Assembly: GCA_964016885.1 (NCBI GenBank)
Contig: OZ024741.1
Location: forward strand, 345,216,001-345,280,000
DNA: 64,000 nt
Reading direction: 5' to 3'
Source: Eledone cirrhosa
Lineage: Eukaryota
The translations under genes were made by a program, and so were the position numbers. The notes below the pieces were generated by a model, which made no database searches, had not been told where the DNA came from, and saw only the letters and a program-made list of their open reading frames with translations. Below, piece after piece: positions 39,560-55,567 of the stretch; within the stretch, counting starts at the first letter, position 1; every line of letters begins with the position of its first letter.

Positions 39560-40340
39560 TCTAGAGCGTGCAAAGTGAGCGGTGCTTTCGCACAGACAGT
39601 CCAAAGGAAGCTATAGCCACAGCTAGAGCTTCCAATGTGAGCGGTGCTTTAGCACAGACAGGCCAAAGGAAGCTATAGCCACAGCTAGAGCTTCCAATGT
39701 GAGCGGTGCTTTAGCACAGACAGGCCAAAGGAAGCTATAGCCACAGACCCACAGCTAGAGCATCCAAGGCGAGCGGGGCTTTAGCACAGCGAAGCCAAAG
39801 GAAACTATAGCCACAGACCCACGGCTAGACCGTCGAAGGTGAGCGGTGCTTTAACACAGCGAAACAAAAGGAAGTTATAGCCACAACTTGAGCGTCCAAA
39901 GCGAGCGGTGCTTTAGCACAGCTAAGCCAAAGGAAGCTATAGCTACAAACCACGGTTAGATCTTCCAATGTGAGCGGTGCTTTAGCACAGCTAAGCCAAA
40001 GGAAGCTATAGCTACAAACCACGGTTAGATCTTCCAATGTGAGCGGTGCTTTAGCACAGCTAAGCCAAAGGAAGCTATAGCTACAAACCACGGTTAGATC
40101 TTCCAATGTGAGCGGTGCTTTAGCACAGCGAAGCCAAAGGAAGTTATAGCCACAGCTAGAGCTTCCAAGGTGAGCGGGGCTTTAGCACAGCTAAGCAAAA
40201 GGAAGCTATAGCCACAGACCCACGGCTAGACCGTCGAAGGTAGTGGTGCTTTAGAACAACGAAGTCAAAGGAAGCTAAAGCCACAGCTAGAGCGTCCAAG
40301 GTGAGCGGTGTTTTAATACAGCGAAGACAAAGGAAGCCCA
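39560..40340. repeat. 62-70-bp unit minisatellite, about 12 units
   Basis: CCAAAGGAA recurs at 39601, 39663, 39725, 39795, 39927, 39996, 40065 and 40134; units carry GAGCGGTGCTTTAGCACAG. Confidence 0.92.
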
Positions 40341-40562
40341 TATCTTCCAGATATCTTCTAGCTGCTCTCTGGAAAATATAGGGTTCAATTCCCCATAGCG
40401 GTCGTTAGCAAAAGTTGTCCACCCTATTGTATAAGCTATTGTATAAGCTATCTTTACAGCAGTTTTGCATTTAAACACTGTCTTTATACTTATATAAGTA
40501 CATATATTCTCATCGCTTTAAAAGCCGAAAATTCGGGTTCGTACATTGATTTTATATATATA

Positions 40563-40616
<54 letters not shown>

Positions 40617-40994
40617 CTTTTGTCGAAATATATATATTTTTCCAGTTTTTCGAATATTAATAATAATATTCGATTCGTTTTCAATTATGCAAACAGCCTC
40701 TTTTATAAGCCATGTCAGTAGCATGAGCCCCTCATTCTCGCTCTTGTGTTGGTATGCAAACAGAACTACAGACACTAATGTTTCTGGATTATTACTCTTC
40801 AGTGCAGTTTACTACCTTTATATATATATTTGACCCTAGTAAGCTTAATTGTTGTATTTGTTTGTTTGTTTTTTTTGTGTTTTTATTCTTTCTCTAGGAC
40901 TTCTGATATTTTCTTTGTATGCAACGTTGTATGTATTAATCCCCCGAAGGGCCCACTTGCCATCTAGAAAGCTGACGACTTGGCCAGTTCGCCA

Positions 40995-41034
<40 letters not shown>

Positions 41035-41418
41035 TGCCCCCTCGTTATCGAGAATGGCCATTGCACGATACACCGTTATTAATAATTATCAATTAATGCT
41101 ATAATGCCTGTGCGTGAACAAATTTTTAAGTGAGGAGAGACTGTGCACTGAGCCAATCCCATTCTCTGAGCGACAGTAGCTATAACCCAAAAAGAAGAAA
41201 GGATCAAAATCATCGGTAACTACTGAGCCACAGGTTTTATGTCGGGATTATCCCAGTTTCCTGATTTGCCTTCTCCTAGAAGAATGCCCTCCTAGTGGTT
41301 TAACGCGCGATTAGGTATGCAGCGCGATTATTTCTATGTCCCCGCGCATATATATACACATGCATACATGCATATACATACATACATACATACATACATA
41401 CATACATACATACATACA

Positions 41419-41454
<36 letters not shown>

Positions 41455-41532
41455 TATATATGAGATGGTGTGTGAGGATAAGTTGTTGTTTAGCCCTACA
41501 TACATACATACATACATACATACATACATACA

Positions 41533-41563
<31 letters not shown>

Positions 41564-41674
41564 GTATATACATATTTACACATTTTTGGATGGCCATTGA
41601 CTCTTATGAGTTCTTCCACCCTTTGTCAGGTTTTGTTTTTGTTCTCCAGGGTGTCCAAAATCCTCACCAAGTAA

Positions 41675-41731
<57 letters not shown>

Positions 41732-42611
41732 AAGTATTGCACCAAGAAAAATATAAACATCGGCGTGAAAGGAGATTAGGAATTTATTTGCTTTAACATG
41801 TGTTTCTGTGTCAATTTTAATCGTCTACATAACCTGACTACAATTGTTCAATCATATGCAATACCTAATTATAAGTGTGTGTGTGTGCGTGTGTGGGTGT
41901 GTGTCTCTGTGTGTGTGTTTATGGTAGCGTCAGTAACAACAATAACAATATCAATATAATATTGATGACACAACAATTGGCATTAACAACAATATTTCTT
42001 TTTTATTTGCATAATCTTAATATAAATGGAAGAAAAAGAAAAACAATAACAAAAATTAATAACATAAACGAAACGGTTTATTATGATAAATAAATCAACA
42101 ATTACAGGTTTTGGTTGTTTTTTCAAAAGATAACTTTAAAACGTTTAACATAACAGATTGTTGGGGGGGGGGGGGTAATGGTCGGAGGAAGACAAGGGTT
42201 AATAATGGAGTAATAATATTTTTTACCCTTTCACAGGAAGCAAATATAGGACGAGGTCGTGGGTTACGATCAGATAAGTTAATTCAGGTTAGAATTACCG
42301 GGAAGCGATTACGTGACGATTATAGTGGAAAACAACAAAAAAAAGGTATTGGTAGATAAAAGGTAAATTTTTTTTAGATATAACAAAAGAAAGAAAAAAT
42401 ATAAAGAAATTTTTTTTGTTTATATTCTGTTTCATTTTTCTTCCTTTGTAAGGTAGGGTGGAGTGAGATGGTGTGTGAGGATAAGTTGTTGTTTAGCCCT
42501 AAGCCAGCGCTAGTTGAGGTCAGTGGCCAATAATCAAAGGTGTTTCCAACTGAAATCATCCTCTCTGTATTTCGAGTGTGATATATTGAGTATCCAAACA
42601 CACACACACAC

Positions 42612-42664
<53 letters not shown>

Positions 42665-42691
42665 CATATATATATATAGAGATAGATAGAT

Positions 42692-42788
<97 letters not shown>

Positions 42789-42862
42789 CATATATATATA
42801 TATGTGTGTGTGTGTGTGTATATATAGTAATAATAATAAATTTGAAGACTAAAATCCAAATA

Positions 42863-42933
<71 letters not shown>

Positions 42934-43112
42934 TATATGTATGTATGTGTGTGTGTGAAAAGATTCCGGACCCCCACGGCTGAGCTCCGGTGGTTTCGAC
43001 AGCTAGATCTAGCCGTTGCTCCTGAATCTTTTCATATTACCCACTCTACTACCCCAAGTATCGAGTACTCTGGTGGGTTACCCAGATCCAACTGGTATCT
43101 TACCACACCCTC

Positions 43113-43198
<86 letters not shown>

Positions 43199-44414
43199 TT
43201 CTTCCCCCTGCCTCATCCTATCACTTCCTTCCACCCCTACTTTCTTCCACGTCTGTTTTCCCCTTTCGCCTACCCCGATGCAGCCCATCGGGCCTTGTAG
43301 CATCAGTTCCCCCACCCCTGTTATTGTAAGATAGAATTGGCCGAATACGTTTTTCTAACTACTTATAACAGATGTGTTAAACCCCTTTAATTTTGTATCT
43401 GTTTTGTAATTTCTACAAGTTTTTTTCTATTCTCAACTTATTAACCTGTAATTGTAAGATAGCATTGTGATTTCTTTATTCATTTCTCACTATCTAATTT
43501 TATATTTTTTATTTTTTTTATTTATTTCTAGTATCTTTTATTGTCTCCTACTCTCTTTCGATTTACCTTTTCTATAACCTCCCTCCCCCACTTCATACAC
43601 TATCCTTAGAATCTGATGTATACATATCACTTTCAACGCTTGACCGCTCCACTCACTCCCCTATTGTTCTACAGGCAAGTTCAGCCACCCCTACCTCCCA
43701 CCAAATACCATGATAGACTTATTTGTGTTTACAACAAATTTTAACCAATCTTCTTGACAACTACAATCTTCCCATATAAGGAAGTACCCCCGTGAAAAGT
43801 TCGGCTATTTATTCACCAGGCTAAAAATTCTAATTTAGTCCAGAAATAGCCGTCGAAACGGCTTGAGCTCTGCCGTCGGGGTCATACTTTTTCCTATATA
43901 TATATATATATATACATATGTATATATTACTTTTTTAATTGGGGCCATGTGCTATTTCCAGCAGATCGAGGGTAACGGTAAGGTTACTGGAAGAACTAAA
44001 GTGAAAAAAAAAGCCCACTCTGTTATCAAGACAAACATTGGAATTAGCTTCTGAGAAGTTAGTTTTTAAGAGGGAAACGAGGGAGATGGGGGCGAGACGT
44101 GGGAACAACCCCCAGCATAATGAAATAGTGTATAGTTTCTTTTTAATTAAATACAATTATTTAAATAGCATTTTTTTTTCACTTAATTATACATATACAG
44201 TATACATTTTTTAAAAAACAATAATGGAAATTTCTGGAAGAACTGAATTAAACATATATATTCACCGTATCAAGTCAAACACAAAACAATAATATATTAG
44301 GGGGAATATTCGAGAGAAATGCAAAGTTTAAAGAAGGGGATATCATTTTTTTTATTCAACATTCACTCTAAAGTATTATCTAATCGTTAAAAAATAATTT
44401 CTTTATCGCAATTA

Positions 44415-44595
44415 TCGTATATGCTGGCGTACAAGTCAATATTTTGGAGCCTAAAAATATCCCTCCAAAACCAGAGGTCGACTTGTCAGCCAAATATAAC
44501 ATATGGAAGTATGCGTGCTGTTTCACCTGAACAACACCTCAGAATTTTAGGGGTCGACCTATGCGCCGGATCGACTTGTATGCCAGCATATACGG
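44415..44595. mobile_element. Tc1/mariner-type MITE
   Basis: TIRs TCGTATATGCTGGCGTACAAGTC / GACTTGTATGCCAGCATATACGG, TA on both sides. Confidence 0.8.
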
Positions 44596-46105
44596 TATTT
44601 CTTTCTCCATTTTCAGCTCTTTCTTTTTCTTTGCAGTATAAGCCTTCTTTCTTTTTTCTTTCTTTCTTTCTTTCTTTCGTTTTCTGTTTCATTTCTTCGT
44701 TCTTTCATTGATAACTAAAAATTGTTAATTTTAGACTGTGAAATCCTTTGTTTTTACGTTGTTTTATTTTACGGGTGGGAGGAAGTATACCAATGTTCTC
44801 TACATTAACTAAAGAAGACAGAACCATTTTTTACAAGACCAAAGAGAAATAGAGGAAGTTAACGTTCATAATTCTGTAAAAAATATCTGAATTTCAATGG
44901 AAAAAACAAAAAAATTTGCATTATTAACAGGTGGCCTTGTGCCTAAATCAGAAATCATTATTCACGCCGTTGTTATTGTTTTCTTTTTTCTAATATAATA
45001 ATCACAAACCGATTGGTCAGCTAACTCATCTTGTAAGAGTTAATTAAACTGAACTTATATGTATGTGTCTATTCGCAGCTGGTGAAAGGATGCTGTGATG
45101 ACTGTTGAATTCCGTCAGCAAGCTTAATCGAAGATTTCGAACAAAGTCATGTTTTGTTCTGTGGAAGACGACGCTTGTTCTTAATTGTCAAAAAGTATGG
45201 CTTCCAGATAAGGTCCAGTTCATACTGTTTCGCATACAGGGGAATTGGAAGTTCTGATTTAACATTTTTAAAGAAATTGTCTTCTATACTGTAACTGAAT
45301 TACTGGGAAATGTTGGCAGCTTCTTATGTGCTAATTATGGAGAGGTGTGCAATAATTTAAATAGAGTAGATTTTCAAAGGACATGCCCTAAACTTTAGAA
45401 ATGAAAAGTATGAAAATCTTCAAACTAGGTACCACAGTATAATCATAAAAGGGCATACCGCCGCCCCTTGCAATTCAGTGATAGGTATCGTAAAGTACCT
45501 CTAGTACTGGGGTCGATTATTCCTCTATATCTCTTTCTCATTTCCTCTTTATCTCACTTTCTATCCTTCTCAAGAAGAAATCTGCTATGTTCAAACCTGG
45601 AGAGGGATGGGCTTAAATATACCCTAGAAATGCCGTATGCTTCTATAGCGCCCCTACGACTACCCCAGGAGTTACGGGACCATACATAGATTATAATAGG
45701 CTACAAGAACCATGACAATATATAATTTTCCCTAAAGTATAAGGGACCCTCAAAAACATGTGGTATCTCCTTGAAATATATGGAACATGCCTAAATTGTA
45801 TGGGCTCTGTAGAAAGGAAATGCCAGCACATTAAGACAGGTCCTGGGATAGATGTGTAAGATTCCCAAAGAGCCTATATCAGATTAGTAGACACGTGACA
45901 CATAAAAGAGGAAAATGCATGAGTACTGATGGTGGTGCTGCCATGTCAACAAACTCCATTCTAGTATAAATAAAACAAGGACAAATACACAACATGCACA
46001 TACATGCACATACATGCACAAACATGCACATACATGCACATGCATGCACATAAACATTTATGTGTATATGTAAAAATATAGATTCGTACATTTTCTAATA
46101 ATATA

Positions 46106-46168
<63 letters not shown>

Positions 46169-46208
46169 AGTGTATGTGTATAAAGAGGAGAATGTATATA
46201 TGTATGTA

Positions 46209-46308
<100 letters not shown>

Positions 46309-46409
46309 GAAATGACAGGAGGCTGGATTTGTGTAAATCCTTGAAAGGTTTATTATACTTATTGACCATACGGAATAGACCAGCTCTATACAGTGGTGAA
46401 CCTCAAACC

Positions 46410-46465
<56 letters not shown>

Positions 46466-46493
46466 CATATATACATATGTATCAAAAACAGAG

Positions 46494-46540
<47 letters not shown>

Positions 46541-46742
46541 AGTATATATTACACAAAGAGAAGTGTGTTACGCAGTGAGATGTGTGTAAAGAATTATTAC
46601 ACACATCTCACTGTGTAACACACTTCTCTTTGTGTAATATATACTTGCATTTGAGCACAGAAGGAAATTGTCTATCATTCCTTGAGCTAATTCTATTATT
46701 ATTATTACAGTGAACTGCGGAATACCCTTAATTCCGATCTTC

Positions 46743-46829
<87 letters not shown>

Positions 46830-46943
46830 TCCAGTTCCTCAGTGAAATAACAACCCAACCAGGAACTGGGCATATCACAGTATTGACAATATTATACACA
46901 CACCTCAACAACATATGTACTTGTCTATACCATACTAATTCGG

Positions 46944-46998
46944 ACTGCCTGAAGAGGTCACAGCCAAAGATGGCTGTCACTGAAATATATATAGCAGT
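46944..46998 (+). ncRNA. Third copy of the 39134 hammerhead, in a ~215-bp solo module between (TA)n tracts
   Basis: Identical core and stems; module 46840-47045 matches 39030-39237. Confidence 0.85.
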
Positions 46999-47043
46999 AA
47001 TAAACGAAGCTAAATTTTAAACATTTGACTTTTTATTTAACTT

Positions 47044-47357
<314 letters not shown>

Positions 47358-47589
47358 GTATATATATATATACATATATATATATACATATAAGTAAGAT
47401 GTATGGTAGGTCGTATGTGAATCGCGATGATCACGTCTGACTTACCAAATATGTGACGGTAGCTAGTTAAGCTCTATGCGTATACGCAGAGCAGAAATAT
47501 TAGTGAAAAAGAACAAAGGAACTATTATGACATTATAACAAGTTTATTGCCGACAGCCGTTTCGTCCGACCCCATGGTGGGACTATATA

Positions 47590-47636
47590 TGCCTTGATAA
47601 GTCCCGCCATGGGGTCGGACGAAACGGCTGTCGGCA
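47590..47636 (+). ncRNA. Type-I hammerhead ribozyme, U3:A8 core
   Basis: TGCC-TTGATAA-GTCCcgccatggggtcGGAC-GAAA-CGGCTGTC^-GGCA; within the 47512-47672 inverted repeat. Confidence 0.8.
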
Positions 47637-47722
47637 ATAAACTTGTTATAATGTCATAATAGTTCCTTTGTTATATATACATATATATATGTCTGTTTTT
47701 GATACATATGTATATATGTATG

Positions 47723-47778
<56 letters not shown>

Positions 47779-47807
47779 CATATATACATTCTCCTCTTTA
47801 TACACAT

Positions 47808-47949
<142 letters not shown>

Positions 47950-47950
47950 A

Positions 47951-48018
<68 letters not shown>

Positions 48019-48120
48019 AGTGTGTGTGTGTGTGTGTGTTTATCCTGGGTTCAATCGGAGGTAACCACAGTAAGTAAGGAACTCAATGCATAGCAGAGTA
48101 TAAATGTTTAATATAGAAAA

Positions 48121-48284
48121 GCTTCTACAGGACTAGAACTGTTTCATTCGTGAGAAATCATCAGAAAGCCGACTGTCCAAGTAATATAGTGGTATTTTAA
48201 ATGTATAAATACCACCATATTACTTGGAGAGTCGGCTTCCTGATGATTTCTCCCGAATGAAATAGTTCTAGTCCTGTAGAAGCC
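48121..48284. ncRNA. Divergent pair of hammerheads: 48121-48170 (-) and 48234-48284 (+)
   Basis: GGCTTC-CTGATGA-tTTCtcccGAAt-GAAA-TAGttctagtcCTGTA^-GAAGCC and its inverted copy. Confidence 0.8.
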
Positions 48285-49197
48285 ATTTCTATATTAAATA
48301 TATATAATTATATATATATATATGGGGGTTATGTATATATATATATGTATACATATACGTGTGGGTGTATATATGTATATGTGTGAATGTATATATATGT
48401 GTGTATGTGTGTGTGTGCGTGTGTGCGTGTGTGTGTGTGCGTGTGTGGGGGGCGTGTGTTTGTGTGTGTGCTTGTGGTGGGCGTGTGTGCGTGTGTGTGT
48501 GCGTGTGTGTGTGCGTGTGTACGTGCGTGTGTGAGAGTGTGTGCGTGTGTGTTCGCGCGCGTGTGTGCGTGTGTGCGTGTGTATGTGTGTGTCTGCGTGC
48601 GTGTGTGTGCGTGTGTGTAAATATATATATATGTATACATATACGTGTGGGTGTATATATGTATATGTGTGAATGTATATATATGTGTGTATGTGTGTGT
48701 GTGCGTGTGTGCGTGTGTATGTGTGCGTGTGGGGGGGGGCGTGTGTTTGTGTGTGTGCGTGGGGGAGGCGTGTATGTGTGCGTGTGTGTGTTTGCGCACC
48801 TATGTGCGTGTGTGCGTGTGTATGTGTGTGTGTGCGTGCGTGTGTGTGCATGTGTGTAAATATGTGCGGTTGTTTGTGTGTGTGTAAATTAGACCGTGAC
48901 TTGCCCAAACTCGCGACGAAAATACATCTAGAACAAACCAAAGCTATCGACGAAATAAGACTGTCGTTCGCCCTAACCTGCAAACCAAACGTACTCAGAA
49001 AGTCAGAGCCAACCACCAACTCAACCCTACACTCCAACCCATACATCATCCACACTTCCTGTTACATCAGCAAAATACACCCCATAAATATACACACAGA
49101 GAAGAACATATACATATGCACACACACACACACATACACATACACAGCAAAGCACACAAATATATACATATATATACACCTACACCTACACACATGT

Positions 49198-49230
<33 letters not shown>

Positions 49231-49266
49231 CATCCAGAGAGTGTAACGTGAAGTTACTGTATGTAT

Positions 49267-49375
<109 letters not shown>

Positions 49376-49638
49376 CTAAGGAAGTGTGGTAATGAACCAG
49401 ATGGACCATAACGCACCAGAGTACTCAATACTTAGGGTAGTAGAGTGGGTAATAGGAAAAAGTTTAACCCCGACGGCAGAGCTCAAGCGAAACGGTTTGA
49501 GCTCTGCCGTCGGGGTTAAACTTTTCCTATATATATATACATTTCGTTTCAGTAAATTCAACGCTAATATACATACACACACACATATATAATGTTATTG
49601 TAATGATTACTGCATTATATATATATATACCCATTTAG

Positions 49639-49675
<37 letters not shown>

Positions 49676-50955
49676 GTGAGGGTTTTTTACAAAATGAAAA
49701 ATAACCGAGGTGTCCAACACGAGTGAAAGTATAAAGAAAAAAAGATGAAATCGAAAATGCAACGAGTCTTATTTTAAAAAAATATATATATTTATTTGGT
49801 TCCTTTACCGGTTTCGCAGTTCTTCTGCTTTTCAAAAGTAGAGTTGAGATGGAGGGTGTGTGGTTTTTCTCACATCTTTTGGGTGTGAGAAAAACCACAG
49901 ACCCTCCATCTCAACTCTTGAAAAGCAGAAGAACTGCGAAACCGGTAAAGGAACCAAATAAATATATATTTTTTTTTTAAAATAAGACTGCAGTTGCATT
50001 TTCGATTTCATCTTTCTTTCTTTATGGCAGAACTCATAAGAGTCAACGGCCATCCAAAAGTGTGTAAATATGTATATACACATGTACATATGTATGTATA
50101 TGTATATGTGTATATACACATATACATATGTATGTATATGTATATGTGTATATACATATGTACATATATATGTATATGTGTATATACATGGGTGCATGTG
50201 TATGTATATGCGCGGCGACATAGACATAGTCGATCTGTACACCCGATCGCGCGGTTAAACCACTGGGAGTGAAGGACCCCTAGCCTTTGTCAGGGCATTC
50301 TTCTAGGAGAAGGCAACTCAGGAAACATGGATAACTTCGATATAAATCCTGCGGCTCAGGAGTTACCGATGATGTTGATCTTTTATTCTTTTCAGGTTAT
50401 AGCTACTGTCGCTCAGAGAGTGGGATTGGCTCAGTGCACAGTCTTTCCTCACTTTAAAAATATCTTCACGCACAGGCATTGCACGATAGAATTAATTAAT
50501 AATTATTAATAATGGTATATCGTGCAATGGCCATACTCGATAACGAGGAGGCAGCCATCATGTACGTAAATAAGCATATATGTATGATTGATAAATAGAC
50601 AGTTGTGAAACAGTAATAACTTGATCTCTGTAATACTGTTGTGTGTAATAATGAATAAGAGTATCCGTTGAGAATACGCTACGACTAGTTTACTATATAA
50701 AATGATAAGTGTAGACCGCGCAAATATAGGTGAGAGTAGACGACTGGCGTGATATAGATAGAAATAATTATGTTGACAATATATGCCAACTTATTGAAAG
50801 AAGAAATAAAACCTGTTTTCTATTACTCAAATGCATTGAAACTGGCATAGGGAATTAAACCTATCCCTATGTAACCGTGTATGTATGAATGTGTGTGAAT
50901 GCTCGCATGCATGTACGTATGTAAAATCCCGACTCTCCGGCACCAAGCTGTTTCG

Positions 50956-50990
<35 letters not shown>

Positions 50991-50997
50991 TTATATG

Positions 50998-51042
<45 letters not shown>

Positions 51043-52329
51043 GTTTATTTCTATATACATAAAGAAAGATTAATTTTGGTGATATCATATGGGTCAGCAT
51101 TGGATATATTTTGTATTAATGCTAAATAAAATTGATATCATATGTATTGTGGGTTGACATAATTAATATCATATGCCTGAAAGGTTGATATTGTTGATAT
51201 TGTATACATCAATGTTTGATATAGTTAATATATTCCTTTAAGTTTCATACGATTTATATCACATATATTCCATTATTTTATATGTTTGACGTCACACATA
51301 TTAACATTACAATTATGTTTGATATAAATGTTATCACGCATATTATTGTTCGATAGAATTGATATAACATGTGTCCCATTAGTGGATAAGTTTGATGTCC
51401 CATTGCTAGAAATTGCAATTTTGTTTCATATAAATGTTATTATTATGTGGTCATTGTTCATAACATTTGAAATAATTGATATTACATGCATTGACATTAG
51501 TAATAGTTAATATATCATGCATTCTCATTTGATATAATTAATATCGTATATATTAAACTTTTACGTTTGCCTTCATATAGATTAAGGTTTTATATGCTTG
51601 ACTCTATTTGTATTAAATATCTGACACACTGGATCCAAAGTTTGATATGTGTGACCTCATTTTTATGGACTTTATCATTTCCATAAAATTTCATCTCTTT
51701 AGCATAATACGTGGACCTTTTTCATATTAAAGTTTAACATAATTAGTATACCGGTTTGACCATTATGAGTTTCTTATCTGATGTGTGTTGTGGTTTGATA
51801 TCACGTATATAAAAGTGTAGGTTTTGTTATTGTTAAGGCTTGATAGGTAATCACATTCAGACCTAGTTTATTGGACATACACATATCTTCAATTTTTATT
51901 TCACTGCCCTAAATATCTGGACAATATTCAAACCTGATATTTTGAGCATCATACGCGTAGTGTTAAACTTGGAATATATATCCTAGTTTTATTTTGTTTA
52001 CTGTTTGCTCAGATTTTAAGACAATATTCACAAAGTTTGGTCCCAGTTTCACTAAGATCTAATATGTTTGATCTCGTATATGAATGACTGAACTCCTTGT
52101 TTTAGGTATTAGGGTCCAGTCAATAAAAGGACTTCCTCAAATGCTAGCCGCAGAATTGAACCCATATTGCAATGAAAATTGAGTTCAATAGAATGTTTAG
52201 TTTACTGTGCTGGCTCTGATTTTAACAGACCTCAGATATCTGTGACCCTAGAGCCCTTGCTTTCCCTTCCTTTTCCGTTTTCATAACCACAAAATATACT
52301 TGAATTTTTACAATAAATTTTCCTAATAC

Positions 52330-52716
52330 GTTATGGGAATATACGCAACTCTTTCGGCGTACACATTGCCGATTGAGAATGATTTGAAAGTTCAGCAATT
52401 GAAATTATTTATTGTGAAGTTCATGCAGCTTTGATATGTATGACGAGACTTGTCTACAAACGTTAGAATTGAGAAAAATTGACTTTATGTATTGGACAAA
52501 ATCTATTAATTCTTTTTTTTTTTTTATGATTTCCTTTGTCCAGTTTATATTAAATACAAGTGTTATAATATAGTTAAGATCTATTGTACTATAACCTTCC
52601 ACTAGCTGATACTCGTGTAAATACAATTTAAAAGAAAAAGAAAGAAAGGATTCTTCATTTTCTTGTTTATCGAATGTTTCTTTTTTTTTTCTCGCATAAT
52701 ATCTTTGATTCAGCAC
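52330..52716 (-). pseudogene. Possible hAT transposase C-terminal remnant
   Basis: Minus-strand SIGNVYAERV resembles the hAT dimerisation motif SxAxxERxFS. Confidence 0.35.
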
Positions 52717-53449
52717 ATTTGAGCACCTATGTGGTGATGCTCTTCAAACCCTAGGAAGAAAAATTAGGTTGGAAGCTACAAACAGTTCGTTACCGACAAG
52801 GAAGCCTTTTTAACTTTCGGCCATACTAGTAGGGATCTACGCCCTGAGTTCAAATCCTGTCGAGGTCAACTTTGCCTTTCATCATTTCGAGATTGATAAG
52901 CAAGTACCAGTCCAATAACGTGGTCATTTCTTCCTCTATATTTTTATTTCTCTTCTGTCTATCACTCTCTACCCTTCTCTGGAAGAAATAGGCTGTGTTC
53001 AGACCCGGAGAGGAGATGGGCTCTGCCAGGTTTTAAATGCCCATGAAACGATGTAAGACACTACGGTGTCCTTGCCACTTCACCAGAAGTTAAGGGTTCA
53101 TACATACTAGTTGAGAGATGTCCTCTCTTATATTTCTAGGTTTATTCTTTTAAAGGTGTTAGGTAATAGACTGACACCAATCTGAGTTTTAGTCAATCAT
53201 ATTAATACAAATTTCGTCGACCTACATTTATGGCTAAGTCCTCCGATATTAAAAATAAACATATATATTCTTTTACAACTTTACTGGTTTCCGTCACCAC
53301 CGTGAAAGATTTACCTGATCGTAGTGACCTCAGTACTTACTTTATCGATCTCTATTTGTCAAAACAGATATAAATATTACCGGGTGTATAGGTCATCAGA
53401 TTGTAAGTGGTGTAAACATACAATCTCGCACAGATGAGCGCGCACACAG

Positions 53450-53494
<45 letters not shown>

Positions 53495-53497
53495 CAT

Positions 53498-53538
<41 letters not shown>

Positions 53539-53579
53539 CATATATATATATATACATATGAATATATATATATATATAC

Positions 53580-53660
<81 letters not shown>

Positions 53661-53679
53661 CATATATATATACATATGA

Positions 53680-53717
<38 letters not shown>

Positions 53718-54242
53718 GTATATATACATATACATATACATATATATATACATATATATATATTTATATATTCAGTAGTTAAGCAAATCAAGACCACAAA
53801 TTCACATAGAAGACATTAGCCACAGAGTATCAACATTAAGTACAGTTTAATATAGTGTAAACTGACATTACTATCCCCTTTCTATATTAAACTGTACTTA
53901 ATGTTGATACTCTGTGGCTAATGTCTTCTATGTGAATTTGTGGTCTTGATTTGCTTAACTACTGAATATTTCCAGCTCTGTACACCTAACCTCAGCATGA
54001 ATCCAGTTTCCCAACTGCTTTCCACTGCATATTGCACATCGAGCACCCGCTTTTAAGCCTTGGCCTCTAACACCGTCACCAATCTCTCCTATCCTACTTC
54101 TATCTCTCTATTTAACATTGGTTTACTCTTGAACTGTCTATATATATATATATGGATATGTTTATCCCAGGTTCAATCGGGGGTAACCACAGTAAGTAAG
54201 GTACTCAAAACATAGCAGAGTATAAATATTTAATATAGAAAT

Positions 54243-54345
54243 GGCTTCTACAGGATTAGAACTGTTTCATTTTTCATTCGGAAGAAATCATCAGGAAGCT
54301 CTGATGATTTCTCTCGAATGAAACAGTTCTCGACCTGTAGAAGCC
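54243..54345. ncRNA. Back-to-back hammerhead pair of the 48234 family
   Basis: TCATCAG(54288-54294)-GAAGCT-CTGATGA(54301-54307); a decayed pair of the same family sits at ~4609-4695. Confidence 0.7.
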
Positions 54346-54444
<99 letters not shown>

Positions 54445-54463
54445 TATACACGCACATATATAT

Positions 54464-54498
<35 letters not shown>

Positions 54499-54721
54499 GA
54501 CAACAATATTAAGATATGACAGATTTTACTGGTGCACGAATTTTGCGCTACCCCGTGTGTTTATGTATGTGTGTGTGGCGAGCTTCCAACAAATATATAA
54601 CTTGAGATAGGGTGAGATCGAACGCCAAACCATGAGTTGGCGAAACCACACAAACATACTTGAAGATGTAATTTTACGAGATATATTAAATGTTATTCTT
54701 TGCTTTCTCCATAAGTCGCAT

Positions 54722-54930
54722 GATTGGCAGTGTTGGTAGAGCATCGGTCTCGTACATGGTTTGCAGCATATAGTTGTGACCCTTTACGTTATGAATTCAG
54801 TTCCCGCCGAAATTAATTTTGCCTTTTCATCCTTACGAGGTCGATAAAGTAGCAGTAACATACACGGGTTGATTTAATCAATTTCCGCTCCCTTAAAATT
54901 GTTGGCCTTGTGCCTAAATCAGAAACCATT
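54722..54930 (+). mobile_element. SINE family A, diverged
   Basis: TTGGCAGTGTTGGTAG...TTTGCCTTTTCATCCTTACGAGGTCGATAAA...GGCCTTGTGCCTAAATCAGAAAC. Confidence 0.8.
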
Positions 54931-55217
54931 CTTTGGTTCTTCATACGTTGTCTTACAAATGGCAGCTTACAAATAATTAGATACGTAACTTACATGATAA
55001 AAAAAAACGGTCTAATATGTAAGCCTAATATATTTTTATATTAAGGCTTAAATACAGAAATATGATTTCATATGTTGATAGATAACTTGAGCAATGCAGG
55101 TGGAAGACCAGTCGTGTATGACTGTGTCAATCATGGCATGATGTGTAGTAATTTCTCACGCTTACATACTAATTTTGATACACACACACGCTAAAAAGAG
55201 CTCACACACATGGGATA

Positions 55218-55251
<34 letters not shown>

Positions 55252-55396
55252 TCCCGAGTTCAATCGGGGGTAACCACAGTTAGTAAGGTACTCAATAGAT
55301 TAGTAGAATGTAAACATACATCATATATATATATACACATAGGGATATATATATATATATCTAATATGTATATACATATATGTGTGTGTGTATATA

Positions 55397-55462
<66 letters not shown>

Positions 55463-55473
55463 CACACACACAC

Positions 55474-55567
<94 letters not shown>

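Noticed and set aside
39560-40340. CRISPR-like regular repeats
   Set aside because: No unique spacers, whole units are repeated, no cas genes, eukaryotic context
45060-45400. Possible hAT transposase tail (IKNKRR)
   Set aside because: Single short motif with stops; insufficient support
50585-50645. TTGATAA...GAAACAGTA...TACTGTT motif
   Set aside because: Stem I absent and stem II very weak
51060-52100. Region rich in TTGATAT words
   Set aside because: Looks like an old degenerate AT-rich tandem repeat; no consistent period or ORF could be established
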